Below are positions 34,821-47,600 of a stretch of DNA of 64,000 bases, one piece after another. Each line of letters opens with the position of its first letter. The first letter of the stretch is position 1. The stretch is from the NCBI GenBank assembly GCA_025594325.1, contig JANHCV010000006.1:1426001-1490000 (forward strand). The letters run 5' to 3'. A program made the translations under genes and the position numbers. Under the pieces are notes generated by a model, which was not told the DNA's origin, made no database searches, and worked only from the letters and a program-made list of their open reading frames with translations. This stretch comes from Blastocladiella emersonii ATCC 22665 (lineage: Eukaryota; Fungi; Blastocladiomycota).

Positions 34821-36434
34821 TCAGCCGAGCCGCATCAGGATCAGCTCGCGCGTCCGCTCAAAGTTGGCCTGGACCACGTTCACGACCTCGGTGCGCGTGA
34901 GGTCAGCCGCTGCGAGCCGCACCGCGCCCATCTGGAACTTGCACGCGTCGTACACGAGCTTGTGGCACGCAACGTACTCAGGATGCTTGCTGTGCATGCC
35001 AATGCGCTCGAGCTCACGCTTGATGGCCACCTTGACCCACTACATTCGTGCGTGCGAGTGAGCAGGGTGCGCTGTTGGCAGCGGAAGTTGGGGAGCGGCG
35101 TACGTCGCGGTTGCGTCGCTCAATGTCAACTCCGCCCGAACTTGAGCCGCTGCTCGACGTGCGCGTGGGCGCTGCTGCCGATCTCGACCGCAACTTGGGC
35201 GGTGGCTCAGTCGCTGCAGGACGCGACTCGACGACAGGCGGCACGTTGAGTGCGAGACTGAGGTATCCCGTGCTCTCCTCGAGACTCGTGGACGAGAGCG
35301 GCCCTTCGCCGAGGCTCATGGGCGCGCCGGGCGTGATCGCGGATGTCGGCGACGAGAGCGAGAAGGTGGTCGAGGCCGACGACATCGACGCGGTGCGGAA
35401 CTCGGTCGCGAGCCCGAGCGGGAGCGACACAGGCCGGCGCGCAAGCGAACGCAGCTGGCTCTGCGAGAGCGGCGACCCCGCAGACGCGGTGGCGGGGGCG
35501 AGCGGTACCGGCCGTCGTGGTGAGGCCAGCGGGAGCTTGAAGGGCCCGTCGAAGCGCGGGACCTTGGTCGGGCTCGCCGTCTCCTCAGCGGGCGCAGCGA
35601 ACGCGGCGTTTTCGGGCGCGATCTTGCGCTTTCGCAAGCCTACACGAGAGGAGTGAGCCTTCGATGAGCCGAGTGTGAGGGTAAACGCGTACGCTTCGGC
35701 GTCTTGAGAAGCTGGCGAGCGAGGCCACTCAAGGGAGCTGCAGCATGCGATGATCCCAGTGCAGCGAGGTAATCGCGCGCGTTGCTCGGAGTTGGCGTGG
35801 CGGCATCGAGCGGCAGTGGGAACAACAACCAGGGCGAAGGGACCGTAAGGTCCGTGTACGACTGGAGCAGCGCGACACGGAGCTGCATTCTAGCGGGTGA
35901 ACCGCCGTGCTCATCGCACGGTGGAATCGTGCCGAAGATGAGGTAGCGCGCGGCAGGATCTACGAGGATCGAAGTCAAGCAGGAGTCGTGCGGGCAAAAG
36001 TTGGCGAAATGGTGTACCGCTCGCGGTGCGGACGACAATCGACTTGTTCGAGCAACCGTTCTGGTCCATCTATGTGCGCGTTGTCGTGGGCAGCGTCGGT
36101 CAGCGCTTGGGACGATGCTCCATCTCTCTAGCAGCCCGCCGTACTCCAGGTGCCTCAATCATGTCGCGAAGGATGGTCATGGTCGCCTCGGCCACCCTGT
36201 CGGACCGGCTGATCCTCCTGGAGCGCCGATGGCGGGTCAGTCGCCCAGGAACCGTGTCAGTTTACACGCAGCATACAAGGCAAGCCGGCTGTCCGTGGCG
36301 GAGATCAAGGCCATGGCGACGTGAGCTGTGGAGACGTGCTTGACGACGACGGGGTTCCGCGCGACGAGGCGGTCGGCGCCGCAGTCAAAGAGCGCTGCGC
36401 CGCGAAGCTCAAGCGGCGTCTGGTTCATGTTCAT
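34821..36434 (-). CDS. Sld7/MTBP-like DNA replication initiation factor (6 exons)
   Basis: Five GT..AG introns with branch motifs link the exons in frame. The C-terminal WVKVAIKRELERIGMHSKHPEYVACHKLVYDACKFQM...VVQANFERTRELI resembles the Sld7/MTBP C-terminal dimerisation domain as I remember it. Confidence 0.6.
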
Positions 36435-36629
36435 GAGGTTTGCATCAAGATTTAGGTGTCGTGCACTCGCAGAAGGGACGGGAAGCAAGGGAAGGGAAGG
36501 AGCAGCCGGCGTGCATCGGTCGCGCGGTCAGTCGCGCGACGGACGCTCTGTCGCTTCAACACTGCTCCCTCGCCCCTGCAAGTATCCCAATGTGTATGAA
36601 CGATTAATGAACGCAAGTCGATGCAAAAC

Positions 36630-37143
36630 TCATGAAGGGCCTCCTTCCACGCTTCGCCATGGTCGGACCGCGCAGCCGATGACATCCAGCTTGGCCTGCT
36701 CACTTTCTTCATGGGTTACGGCCGTGATATCGACGCCGGTTGTGCTCTTGAACACGAAGAAGCGCCAGTTGCGAACCCTGCTCTCGGCGACGAGCGTGCC
36801 GTGCTTCGCTGTCTCCGCGTACAGAGTGATGGAGAACGATCCAATGTTCGCCCTGACCTTCATGGCCTGTCTTTCGCACTCGGCCGACTCGTCGCTGCCG
36901 CCGCGGAACACGGCAAACTTGGCGTCGCATGTTGGCGTCCTGTTCGAAGTTGCACCCCGAGTCGCCGTGCGCGTCGACGAGGGCCGACGTGTGCGTGAAG
37001 AGAGCGAGCGAGTTGACTGAGAGCGCAAACAGCTTGGTACCGGCCTCGTTGGTGACTTTAAAGTCGTGCCCGAACGGGCTCTTGTGCTGGAGAGTGAGCT
37101 TCACCTTGTCGGGCAGGCAAAAGCGAGAGTCGATAATCCCTTC
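36630..37143 (-). pseudogene. LURP-one-related (tubby-C/Tub_2-like) gene with a frameshift near 36927
   Basis: SRFCLPDKVKLTL, DFKVTNEAGTKLF, ALVDAHG, then FAVFRGGS and KVRANIGSFSITLYA in another frame. Matches plant/fungal LURP1-type motifs. The 5' end is not resolved. Confidence 0.65.
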
Positions 37144-39243
37144 CTCCCAGAGTGATGGACGCGTGACGTGGGTCGGCAGTCGGCGTACTTGGAAATCCCG
37201 GTTCCCGTATTGCTCGCTTGCTGTTGCGAGTTTGCACGCAAGACCGTCGTTTCCTAAAAGCGCTTGCGTTGTTCATGGCCTGGCCGCAACCGCTTAGAAA
37301 GTACACGCGCGCAAGTTTGATTCGTCGAGGCCGGCCTGCAACGAAGCTCGAGCGCATCGCGATTTCGCCGATCACGACCATGTGAACAACACGTTGTGGC
37401 GCAGCTCCTGGGTGTGTGGCGCAACGCGTCCAAGGCCCGTTCACGGACGAGCTCGCGCGTTTCCCTGTTCAATGTATTGCGACACGCATTGTTATGGCGA
37501 ATAAGCAATATGTATCATTGTGTCATAATCATCCACAACTGTTCCGGGCCAGGCACGCTCGGCCACCAAGACACAGCCGCACTCGACCCACACGAATAAG
37601 AGCGATCCACGACCTCGCGTACGCGCCCAGTTGACGCCGCATCGCCCACGTCCCCAGCTTTCTGATAGCGGCAGCAGTACCGTGAAGGCGACGCGCGCGC
37701 GCCCTTGCCAGCGACCCGCGGTGCCTATCTCTCCCGCCCGGGTTATCAGGGCGCACTTGGCGCGCAAACGGGCGGGAGAGACGAGCACGCACGGGGAACT
37801 CCGTCGAGAGCCGCTGAGAACGCGTCAAAAGCATCGGACCACGGTTGCGAGCGATCGAGAGGGCCGAGGTGCAGTGCGAGTAGGGCGTCGACGCGTGCGC
37901 GGGATCACGGACCAGATTCGGTCGTGATGGTCGAGTGCGCTCGTGAGGTCAATGGCGGAGCTTCGCTTGGTTGATATGGCGGCGGTTGAGGTTTGCGAAA
38001 GAGACTACGAGCTTGTGTGAGTGCGAAGGTTCGACGAGTCCCGGCGTTGAGCTGCTGAACTTAATCGAGTGGCAAACGGTGCCGCCAATTCGGCCAAGTT
38101 CGATGGCCGTGCTGCTTGGAGAGTACAACTTGTGCAGCAAGAGATGTGATCTAAGATACCAGTCAAAGTGCGCTCGTTGGTCGAACGGTTCGGCGAGAGC
38201 GGCGTCAGCAAGGGAGACAGAATGGTTGTCGCGATTGTCCCAGTTTGTCTGGCAATGACTGGGACGCGTTCTTTCAGATCGCCTCCTGCTTGAGCCCGCA
38301 GAAAGTCTCGCCGTACAAAGCTTGGCCGTCTAACATGTACCAGTAGCGAAAGTGGACGGCTCGAAACTGGACCGGCGACATGGCGCAAGCCGAACCACTT
38401 CCATCCGACGCGCGATGAACACGATGAAGTCGGCCTCGTAGCGGCGAGGGATATGGCGCATAAAGGTTAAGCGCCACGAGTGATTCGCCTCGGTCCTTGG
38501 CGTAGTAGTTGAGACGCCCGACGCGGAACGGGCAGCGACCCGCGGCCGTTGCAAGCTATCGCGACGATCGACTCAATTCCAGTGTTCGCGGCGAGCGCAG
38601 CTCGGTAGATTATGCTAGATAAGTCGGTTCAAGCCTAGTGCATGTGCATCCATGAGCGAGTGATGCGAATGAGGGCTGCTTTCACTTGGAGGAAGGGGAG
38701 AGAGAACGCGCGACCGCGGCGGGCGGGGGGAGGGGAAGCGCGCGCTCGCTGGAAAGTGACTCTGAGCAGCTTCGCGCGCGTCGGCCGACGCTCATCAACG
38801 CCGTCTCACGTCACATCCAGCACGTCTTCACGAGCAAGACGCACCCGAAACGCGTCGGCAACGCGCCAAGAGCAAACCGGCTGCACGGGCGACGCGGTCC
38901 GACGATGGCCATGACCATGGCCACGGCCACGCTGCTCAAGCGCTCTCACAGCCCCAAGATTCGTTGTTGGCGTACAAGGATATTCGTATATGAGCAAGGT
39001 AGCAACAGACACACGGGTACACGCGACCAGGGGGGAGCGGGATATCATAATATACAGGAGGCACAGGGCGGCGGGATCACACACACAAGGGGAGGGAGAA
39101 GGGTATCAAGCACGATGCAAGGAAGCGGGCGACGCGAGCGAGAGGAACGAGTGTACAGGGAGAAGCGAGAGGGGATCAAAACTGCAGCGGAGGAAGGACA
39201 AGTAAACGAGAAACCCGACGGGCGGGCCGGCCGGTGCGACCGG

Positions 39244-42200
39244 TCACTGCCAGTTGGTCGCGGCGGCGGCGGCGGAAGCAAACTGGGCGCGCATCCCGCC
39301 CGCGGCGGCCGCGCGCGCGGTCCCGGCGAACATGGCCTCGAACTGCGCGAACGAGTCGTCGTGCGCGGGCATGCTCATGACCGTGGGCGTCGACGTCGCG
39401 ATGTTGGTGGTGGTCGGCGCGCCGGCGGCGGTCCAGTCCATGGCGTCGCACGTCGGCCACGCCTGCTGCTGCTGCTGCTGCTGCTGCTGGCCGTGGAACC
39501 CGAACCCGGCGAGCGTGTCGGCGAGCGAGACCTCGTGCGCGTGGCCGTGGTGGCCGTGGCCGTTCCCCGCGGTCGGCGCACCGCCTATGAGCCCCGTGAG
39601 CCCAAAGTCGTGCGCCTGCGCGTCGACGCCGCTGCCGGCGCCGAGGTACACGCCCGAGTCGGGCCGGCTGACGGGCGGCATCCCCGCCATGGCGTTGTTG
39701 TTGTCGCCGCCGCCGATGGGCGCCGCCGCAGCGGCCGCGGCCATGAGCCACGCCGAGTCGCACCACGCGCCGCCGTCCTGGACCGACTGCGGGAGCGCGT
39801 ACGCCGAGGCCGGCGCCGAGTACCCACCAGCACCGCCGGCGTGCCACGCGGGCGGCGACGGCGGCGGCGGGAGCCCGAGCGCGCACGCGAGCGGGGCAGA
39901 CGCCGAGGACGATGAGGCGGCCGACGCGGACGCGGCGGCGTTGCGGAAGTACTCGGCGACGCCGGCGTCGGCGGGCTCGAGCATCGGGAGGTTGGCGAGC
40001 GCGAGCGTCGACGCGTGGAACCCGAAGTCAGCGGCCGTGGGCCCGAACGCGGGGCTCGCGTGCGACATGCCGATCGGGAGCGGGGACGCGGGCTCCGTGG
40101 CGGCGGTCACGGCGCCGGAGAAGTCGAGCGGCGTAGCCGTGACCGCGGCGGCGGCGGCGGCGGCGGCGGCAGCGGCCGCGGCGTACGCGTCAAACGGCTG
40201 CTGCTCGAACATGCCCGTAGTCGGCGTCGACGCGGCCGCGGCGCCCCAGTGCGACGAGCCCGGCATCGTGGTCATGGGCGGCGACGCGAACATGTGCATG
40301 GCGATCCCGTGGTGGTCAGGCGCCGACCGCGGCAGCTGCGGCTGCGCAGCCGCTGCAGCAAGGACGTGGTCGAACTCGATGGCGCGCGCGAGCTCGCCGC
40401 CGACCGACGCCGGGTGGTGGTGCCACAGGAGCGCGGGCGAGATGGGCGACGGGTGTACCGCCGCGTCGGCATCGCCGGCCCCGGTGCCGAACCCGCCGAA
40501 CGACAGCGGGCGGGTGGTGCTGACGTGCGGCGTCGGGAGGCCCGTGTGGATCATGGTCGTGGTGCCGGCGGGCGCCGAGTGCGGGAACAGCAGCTGGTCG
40601 ACGGCCGAGGCGGGCTCGGAAGTCGTGTGCAGGTCGAGCGGCGGCGGGCGGCGGCGCAGCTTGGCGGGCGCGACCGTCGACGACGACGGCGACGAGTCGG
40701 ACGAGCTACCAGCGGCGGCGCAGTAGTCGACGGGCGGCGACACGAGCGCGGCCGAGGCGAGCGCCGCGAGCCCCGCAGCGTCGACCTGGGTCGCGGGCTC
40801 GACGACGTCCATGCCCACCGGCTCGAGCGGCTGCGGCTCGGACAGCTTGGCGGGCGCCGAGGCGACGGGCCGCGTGGGACCACGGCGACGCGCGCGCTTG
40901 GTGGCGGCCGTCGCGGCGTCGAGGTCAGCATCGTCATCGGCCGGAGGAGCGGCAGCCGGAGCAGCCGTGGCCTTGACCGTCGAGGCGGGTGCCCGGCGAC
41001 GGCGCACGGCCGGCGTGGCGGGAGGAGCCGCCGCGGCCGCAGCGGTCCACGACGCGTCGCTGTCGGTCGACGAGAGGCTGGACGCCGAGCTATCGATACT
41101 CGCACGGCGGCTGTTGTTGTTGGGCGACGCGGGGCGCACGGCGGCAGCGTCAGCGGCGGCGGGCTCGGCGGGCGGGGCCTGCGGCGGGAGGGGCTCGAGC
41201 TGGCCGAAGATGAGCTCGGGTATCTGGGCGCTGGGGATCGGCGACTCGGCGGCGTTTCCGTCGTTCTGCGCCGCCGCGGTCGCGCCCGAGGCCGAGGCCG
41301 ACGCCGACGCCGCCGACGAGAGCTCGGCCGAGATGGTGGCGAGCGAGAAGGGCGTGCGCGGGCCGGCGGCGGCGCCCGAGGCGGAGCGCGGGGCGTTGGG
41401 CTTGGCGCGGCCGAGGGCGAGCTGGCCATCAAAGTCGGGGTTGACGCGGTACCGGCGGTCGGTGCGCAGCACGACGCCGCGGCGCAGCGCCTTCTTGAGC
41501 GCCTGCGTCGCGGACCCGCGGAAACCGGGGCCGAGCTCGTTGCCGTACTTGCTATGAACGCGGCAAACGAGGGGGTCAGTGATCGGGTCGATGGCTAGCG
41601 AGTAGCGAGAAAAGGAAACCGTACCGCTCGATGACGGCAAAGATCTCGCGCGGCTGGGCGCCGCCGACAAAGTCGCCGAGCGCGATACTCGCGACCTGGA
41701 GGTCCATGAGGGCCTCGACGATGAGCTGCTCGTAGCTGGCCTGCTTGGCGCCGGCGGCGCCACCAGAGCCCGGCTCGCCCGACTCGCCGCCACTGGCGGT
41801 CGAGTTGGCTGCTGCGGCAGCTGCGGCGGCGGCCAGGGCCATGTCGATGGCGGCCGCGGACGCCGCGGCGGAGGCGGCGCCAGCGCCGCGCGGCTTGCGC
41901 GAGCGCTTCTTGGACCGCGAGGCCGTCGTCGGCGCAGGGCGCGGGGCACTGGCGGTCGCGGCCGTGGCCGTGGCCGACTTGCGCGACCCGCTGGCGGCGG
42001 CCGAGGAGCGCGGGCGGGGCCCGGCGGCGCGGCCGGCCTCGTCGTACTCGGAGTCGCTCGAGCTCGACGACGAGGAGGAAGACGAGTCGTCGTCGTCCGA
42101 CTCGAAGCCGAGGTGGCGGGGCGAGCCCGAGGCCGACGACGACGAGAGCGAGAGGGCCGAGATGGGCGGGGCAAACGGTGGCAGGTTCACGTTGGTCGCG

Positions 42201-42727
42201 GTGGCGGTGGTGGCGGGCGGGCAGTCGACGAGCATGGCCGACCCGTCGCCGCCGCGGCGGTCGTCGTGGCCGTGGTCGTAGCGGTGGCGGAACACGTCAT
42301 CGTCTTCCTCGTCGTACTCGTCGGACGAGAAGGCCGGGCCCGAGCCGGCGGCAGCGGCGTAGACGGGTGGCGGCGAGGCCGGGGGCGGGATCGCGGCGGC
42401 GGTGGCCGAGGGCTCCTCAAACTCGCGCGACCGGACAAAGATCTGGCCGAACGGGTTGCCGGCGGGGGCCGAGGCCGACAGCGGCGAGGCGATGGTCGGC
42501 AGGGGCGGAGGTGGCGGGAGCGCCGAGGTCGAGGCCGGGCCGAGCGAGGGGGAGAAGATGAGGCCGGTCGGGACGGCGGGCGACTCGGTGTCGGAGTGGT
42601 GGTGGTGGTGCTGCTGGTAGTCGATGATGTTGGTGTTGGTGTAGTAGCGCTGGACCCACGAGCCCGAGGTAGTGGTGGTGATATCGGCCGAGTGTGGCGC
42701 AGCGAGGAGGTGGCGCAGCGGGTCCAT
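39244..42727 (-). CDS. H15 (GH1) domain protein with long low-complexity tails, paralog of 7348-9856 (about 1136 aa)
   Basis: Intron 41552-41624 splits the domain: ASYEQLIVEALMDL...PREIFAVIER|KYGNELGPGFRGSATQALKKALRRGVVLRTDRRYRVNPDF. ATG taken at 42727; the frame is open to 42943. Confidence 0.75.
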
Positions 42728-43723
42728 GGTGGTGGTATAGTCGTCCCTGTTCGACGCGGACGCGGAGGAGGAGGAGGAGGAGGAGGAGGTATGGGACGCG
42801 GACGAGGGCGAGGGTGAGGGTGATGCAGCACGCGGGCGCGGTACACGGAAGAAGAATGCGGGCGGCACGGGCGGGGTGGGCGGCGGCGGAGGCGGCGGGA
42901 AGTCGGCGGGCGATGAGTGGGCGGTGGACTCCTTGAGCGACACGGCCTGGATCTAGTTGTGCGCGAGAGCGGGGAGTGTTAGCGAGGTGTTCGAGGATGC
43001 GCGAGGTCGGAGGGACGGACAGCCGGAGCACAAGGTGATGATGGAGGGGGAGGAGGATACGCGGCCGCCGGCAGCCACGGCAGAGGCGGGCAGGCAGGCG
43101 CGGGGTGCGCGGCAGTTAAGAGAGAGAGGGAGAGCGAGGGACCGTGGGGCAGCGCAGGGAGCGAAGCCGAGGCGTGTGGGCGGCGTGCGTGGGCGCGGGC
43201 GCGGGCGGCGGCGGTGGCGCGACGCGACGCGACGCGTGCGAGGGCGATGACGACGACGCGTGGCGAGGGCCACCCCCGATTTGGGCGCGCCGCCGTCGAT
43301 CGCGGTGCCGGCAGGGCGCGTAGCGCAGCAGGGCGGTGCTCGGCGGGACGTACAGGGATGGGGGTGATAGGCAGAGTAGGTAGATGGGGGGCGAGGGGCA
43401 GCGGCGGATTCGGTGGTCGGCAGCGGGGGCAGAGGGACCGAGCGGGGCGCGGGCGGCCGCGGCCGGCATAAGAGCGCAGGGAGGAGCGCCGGCAGCAGCA
43501 CGGCGGCGCGGCGGCGCGGCGGAGCAGCACGCGGGGGTGGCGGCCGTGCGCGCGGCCGGGCGCCGCCACGGGCGACAGCAACGGCAAGTCGACGCGCGCG
43601 CGGGGCAACAACGGGGGCGAGCGCGAGCGCTGATGACGGAATGGATGCAGCGTGCGAGGGCGGGGGCGCGCGTGGGGCCGCGCCACGGGATGGCAAATGA
43701 AATGCGCGCGCAGGCCCGCGTTG

Positions 43724-43779
43724 CACGGCACACGGCACACGGCACACGGCACACGGCACACGGCACACGGCACACGGCA
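43724..43779. repeat. Tandem repeat (CACGGCA) x8
   Basis: Eight perfect 7-mers counted directly. Confidence 0.95.
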
Positions 43780-43864
43780 CGCACGCTTGCTCACACACAC
43801 GCAGCGGCGACCATCGGCACGTCGCACCGCGCGCGCGACACCGCGAACAACACCTGCGAGCCCG

Positions 43865-43892
43865 CGCAGCCCGCAGCCCGCAGCCCGCACCC
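43865..43892. repeat. Tandem repeat (CGCAGCC) x3 plus one imperfect copy
   Basis: Counted directly. Confidence 0.8.
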
Positions 43893-44367
43893 GCTCGTGG
43901 GAAGCGGCTGGGCGCCGTGGGCCGCAAGTGGAGTCGGGCGGTCGCGGCGCGGCGGTCGCACGGTAACCGCTCACGCGGCGCGCGAAAATTCACGCGCGCG
44001 CGCGTACGCGGCCGGTGGGAGCAGGCGTGGCGAGCGCGGCGTGGCGAGTGCGTTGCATGGAGTGTGGGTGTGCGCGGGCGGGTGTAGGCGTGGGGAAATG
44101 AGGTGCGGTGGGAGGAGGAGAGAGAGAAAGGGTGGGAGCGAGCGGGCGCGTGGACCCAGCCCGGCTGCGTGAGATGGCGGCGAGACCAGCCCACCGGCAG
44201 ACCGGCGGATCTGGCGACGCGTTGCGCCACACACGCTCGCGCTCCGCCTTCCGCGCGTGCCGGATCCGCGGTCGGCGGGCTCCCGGAGGGCCACACTGCC
44301 GCCGTCGCGGGCGAGAGAGCGAGCGAGAGAGACGACAAGGAGGAAGAAGAAAAAAAAGGCGTCGTGT

Positions 44368-44676
44368 TCAAGCATTGAGATCACGTACAAGTTCGAGGAG
44401 CATGCGGTGGCGCTCGGCCGCGAGCTGCTCGGCCATGGCGCGGCGCCGCTCGCGCTCGGCCGCGTCGACGTTGCTGTCGTCGTCCACGTCCATGGCCGTG
44501 GGCGCGTTGCCGTCGCCCGCGTCGGACAGGGGCGGCGAGGGGGCGCGGGAACCCGCCTGCGGACGCGCGGCAGCGGCGGCGGCGGCGAAGGTGTTGGTTC
44601 CCGATGAGGAGGCCGGGGTTGGGGCCGGGGCCGGGGCCGCGGGAGGAAGGTGGTGCGGGTGGGGTGAGTTGGTCAT
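44368..44676 (-). CDS. Possible small protein or first exon (Pro/Ala-rich, then a coiled-coil-like segment)
   Basis: ATG at 44676; host-like codons in AERERRRAMAEQLAAERHRMLLEL; a GTACGT donor at 44388 followed by a polypyrimidine tract suggests splicing. The downstream exon is not resolved. Confidence 0.3.
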   Translation of the reverse strand: MTNSPHPHHLPPAAPAPAPTPASSSGTNTFAAAAAAARPQAGSRAPSPPLSDAGDGNAPTAMDVDDDSNVDAAERERRRAMAEQLAAERHRMLLELVRDLNA

Positions 44677-47600
44677 GGTGCGAGGAGGCAAGCGAAAATT
44701 TCACGCCGGGGAGGGAAAGGCGGGAACCGGGGTATCGGGTATCTGGGGTCCGCAAAACAGGCGGGACCTGCTAGATCCTACATGGGGTGGCCGGGACGCG
44801 TCTTGGATCAGCATGAGCAAGTTCTGGGCTGTGGGGACGTGGCGGTCGGCCAACGCGCGCGCTGGGGCGAGAGCGGGCCCCGGATGGGAGCGCGGTCGGG
44901 CCACGCGGCCCGGATCGCCGCCGCCCGCTGCCTCGCGCCATCGCGAATGGCCGAGCGGGAACGAGAGCGGGGACAGGGGGCCCGAGGCGAGGGTGCGAGC
45001 GCGAGCACGAGGCGGGCATCCGTACCTTCGAGAAGGTGCGCGCCAAGGTCAGACCGGACGGACTATCGCGGCGGACGAGGGCCGGATCTGCTGCAGCATC
45101 GGGAACGCGTTGCGTTAGCGCCATGGTGGTCACGACGAGGATCGCTGCCCGCGGGCAGGCGGGCAGGCGGGTGGTTGATCATTCATGATGGTGGCGGAGA
45201 TTGCCGCTGCGATCAACGACGCTTCGCCGCCGTGAATGGCGTCGCCGCGTCGCCGCGTCGCCGCGCGTCAGGAGCAGCCACTGCTCGCCGAGACGACGCA
45301 CAGCACGTGTGGAAGCCGATCGGCGAGGGTGATGGTGCGGCGCGCGGGGTGCGAGGCGGTCGGTCACGTACGGCAACTGACGCGATGGCGCGGCGGTGGC
45401 GGTGACGGCGGTCGCGGAGTGCACAACGGGGACGGTCGCGGCAGCGATGGTGGCGGTGGCGGTGGAGCTGAGCGCTCGACAGTGGCGGACCGGGCCAGGA
45501 GTGGGCGAGGAAGGAGGGGGGGGAAGGATCAAGGAGAAGGCGGCGGACCGTGGAGCGAAGGGGTCGGTCAGTGGCGATGGGCCGGCGCGGGTTTTATCGG
45601 CGCCGGCACGCGCGCGGGGAGGGAGCGTAGGGGGTGGCTGCACGGGCGCGGTGGGCGAGACGGGCGAGACGGGCGAGGCGGGCGGGCGGGCGTGCGGGCG
45701 TGCGAGCGAGTGTGTGCGCGCAAACACTCGCAGGACAAGGGCGGCCGGCCGACCCCGCAAACGTGGCCGCGTACGCGGCGGCGGCGCCCGCCCAGTGGTG
45801 GCGCACGGGCTGGCGTCGTGCTCTTGCGCGCTCGCTGTTGCTGCGAGTGGGCTGGCCAGCCTCGCGGGTGAGTTTGCATGGTCGGGGTTTGCGGCGAGCG
45901 TGCTGAAAACGAGGGCCGCGAGCAGGGCCGAGTGGCCGAGTGATCACCAGGCAAAATTGTGCACGCGTTGCGTCCCCATCGCCATCGCCGCGGCGCGCGC
46001 GCGTCCGATGCCATTCCCCCACTCGACGGCCGCGCCCGCTGGTCTCCATCGCGCTTCTCTCCCGACCCACTCGGTAGCGCTGCAAGTATGCGCGCCTGGC
46101 CGCCTCGATCGCGTAGTGCGAGATCCGCTGCCGTGGTCGAGATCGTGTCGGCGGAGCCCGCGCGTTGCGGCCGCCGTGGCCGATGGCCACCGCACCGCGT
46201 CGGCGACACGCAGATCCCCACGTTGGGTGCGCGCGCGCGGGCCGGGTGCGCCAACGTGTGCCGCGTGCGGACACGGCGTTGGCGGGCAGCGGCCGCGCGG
46301 CGTGGGGCCGGCCGCTTGCGGGCGCGCGAGATTGCGATGTGCGCGTTGCGGGTCCCGCGGGGCCGACCTCATGCATCGCGCGCCCGCTGCCCGCCCGAGT
46401 TTCGCCGGCCGCGAGGGACAAGGGCTTGTGCGCGCGGGCCGCGAGGCATGACTGGTCGGCCCGGCACCCTGACTGACGCGCGACGTGATCGATTGCGCCA
46501 CGCGTTGAAAATCTGGTCGCAGGCACCCGGCCGATCGTTCGAGTGTGTATGCGAGACATCACATCGTGGCGGCGCGGCGCGACGAAAACGCGACGATGAC
46601 GACGTCAGCGTTGGTCGCTGCTGTGCCACACCTTGCTGAATGTCTGCGCTGCGCGAGTTCCGCCGCGTCGGGGAAGGTCGGGCCGGCGGAAGACAACGGC
46701 GGCCGCAAACGCCGCGTCGCGTCGTGTTGGAATCGGGAAGGTGTTGCGCTCCGCCCCCGCTCGTCTCTCTCCATCGCGGCGAGCAGCGTGGCGAGTTCTC
46801 TCTCCATCGCGGCGGCCGGCTTGCTGTACGATCCGCACCGAGCGGCTGCCGCGGCGAGAGCCGACTGCCGGTCCCTGCCATCTCTCACCGCCATCGCGGT
46901 CGCGGTCGGCGAGCGCTGGCCTCACCTCTCGCCCTCGCTGTCGGTCGCACGGTGGCGTCGCGCGCGCGACGACGACGACGACGGCGATTGCGCAATTCAC
47001 AAGCGAATCAATCCCAATCCGAGCGACGACACATCGTGACTCGTGTTGGCGGCCGACCGTGAGCAGCGCCGGCGCCAGGTGACCGTGGCCACGCTGCCAC
47101 ACCCGACATCCGCCACTGCCGCCACCGCACAAAGCGACGAGAAGAGAAGGTGGGCGCGACGCGTCGCCGCCGTCGTCGTCAAGTGGTCGGTCGGCCAGCG
47201 GTCCCCAAATCTCGGCGCGCCCCACCGTGTGCTGCAGGTAGCAGGAACGTCATGGCGGATCCGTTTTGTCCACTCTCACATCATAGCACCGTGGGCCAAC
47301 GCTGGCCGCCGCCGTCGCGCACCGAGACAGCGCAGCCCGGTGTCGCGCGGGTCCTGGATGTGGAGCAGCAGGAGAAGTGGCAAGTCGGATGCGCGGCGGG
47401 CCGGGCCGCGTTGGGCAGCAGCAGCGCGCGCGCGACCGCCGTGCGTCGGCAAGACCCGGAAATGGGAGCGCGGGAGCACGGGCGAGCGGGCGGGAACGGA
47501 AAGGAAACGTGGCGAAGATCCGCGGCGTCGACTTGCGCGTTTGCGCGCGGTGAGCGGTGGTGGTGGCGCACGGCGTGCGTGCCGGCGGCGACTGCTACGG

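Noticed and set aside
36919-36939. TTGGCGTC-GCATG-TTGGCGTC as an 8-bp target-site duplication or transposon footprint
   Set aside because: LURP-family spacing favours a 2-nt deletion; removing 13 nt would make the loop too short, so the repeat is probably chance.
43724-43892. Short tandem arrays as a possible CRISPR or telomeric repeat
   Set aside because: The units are contiguous 7-mers without spacers, there are no cas genes, and the context is internal and eukaryotic.
44232-44676. Small ORF as DNA polymerase delta subunit 4
   Set aside because: No frame of the putative second exon contains the FDL...YGPC.G..R..RW motif.
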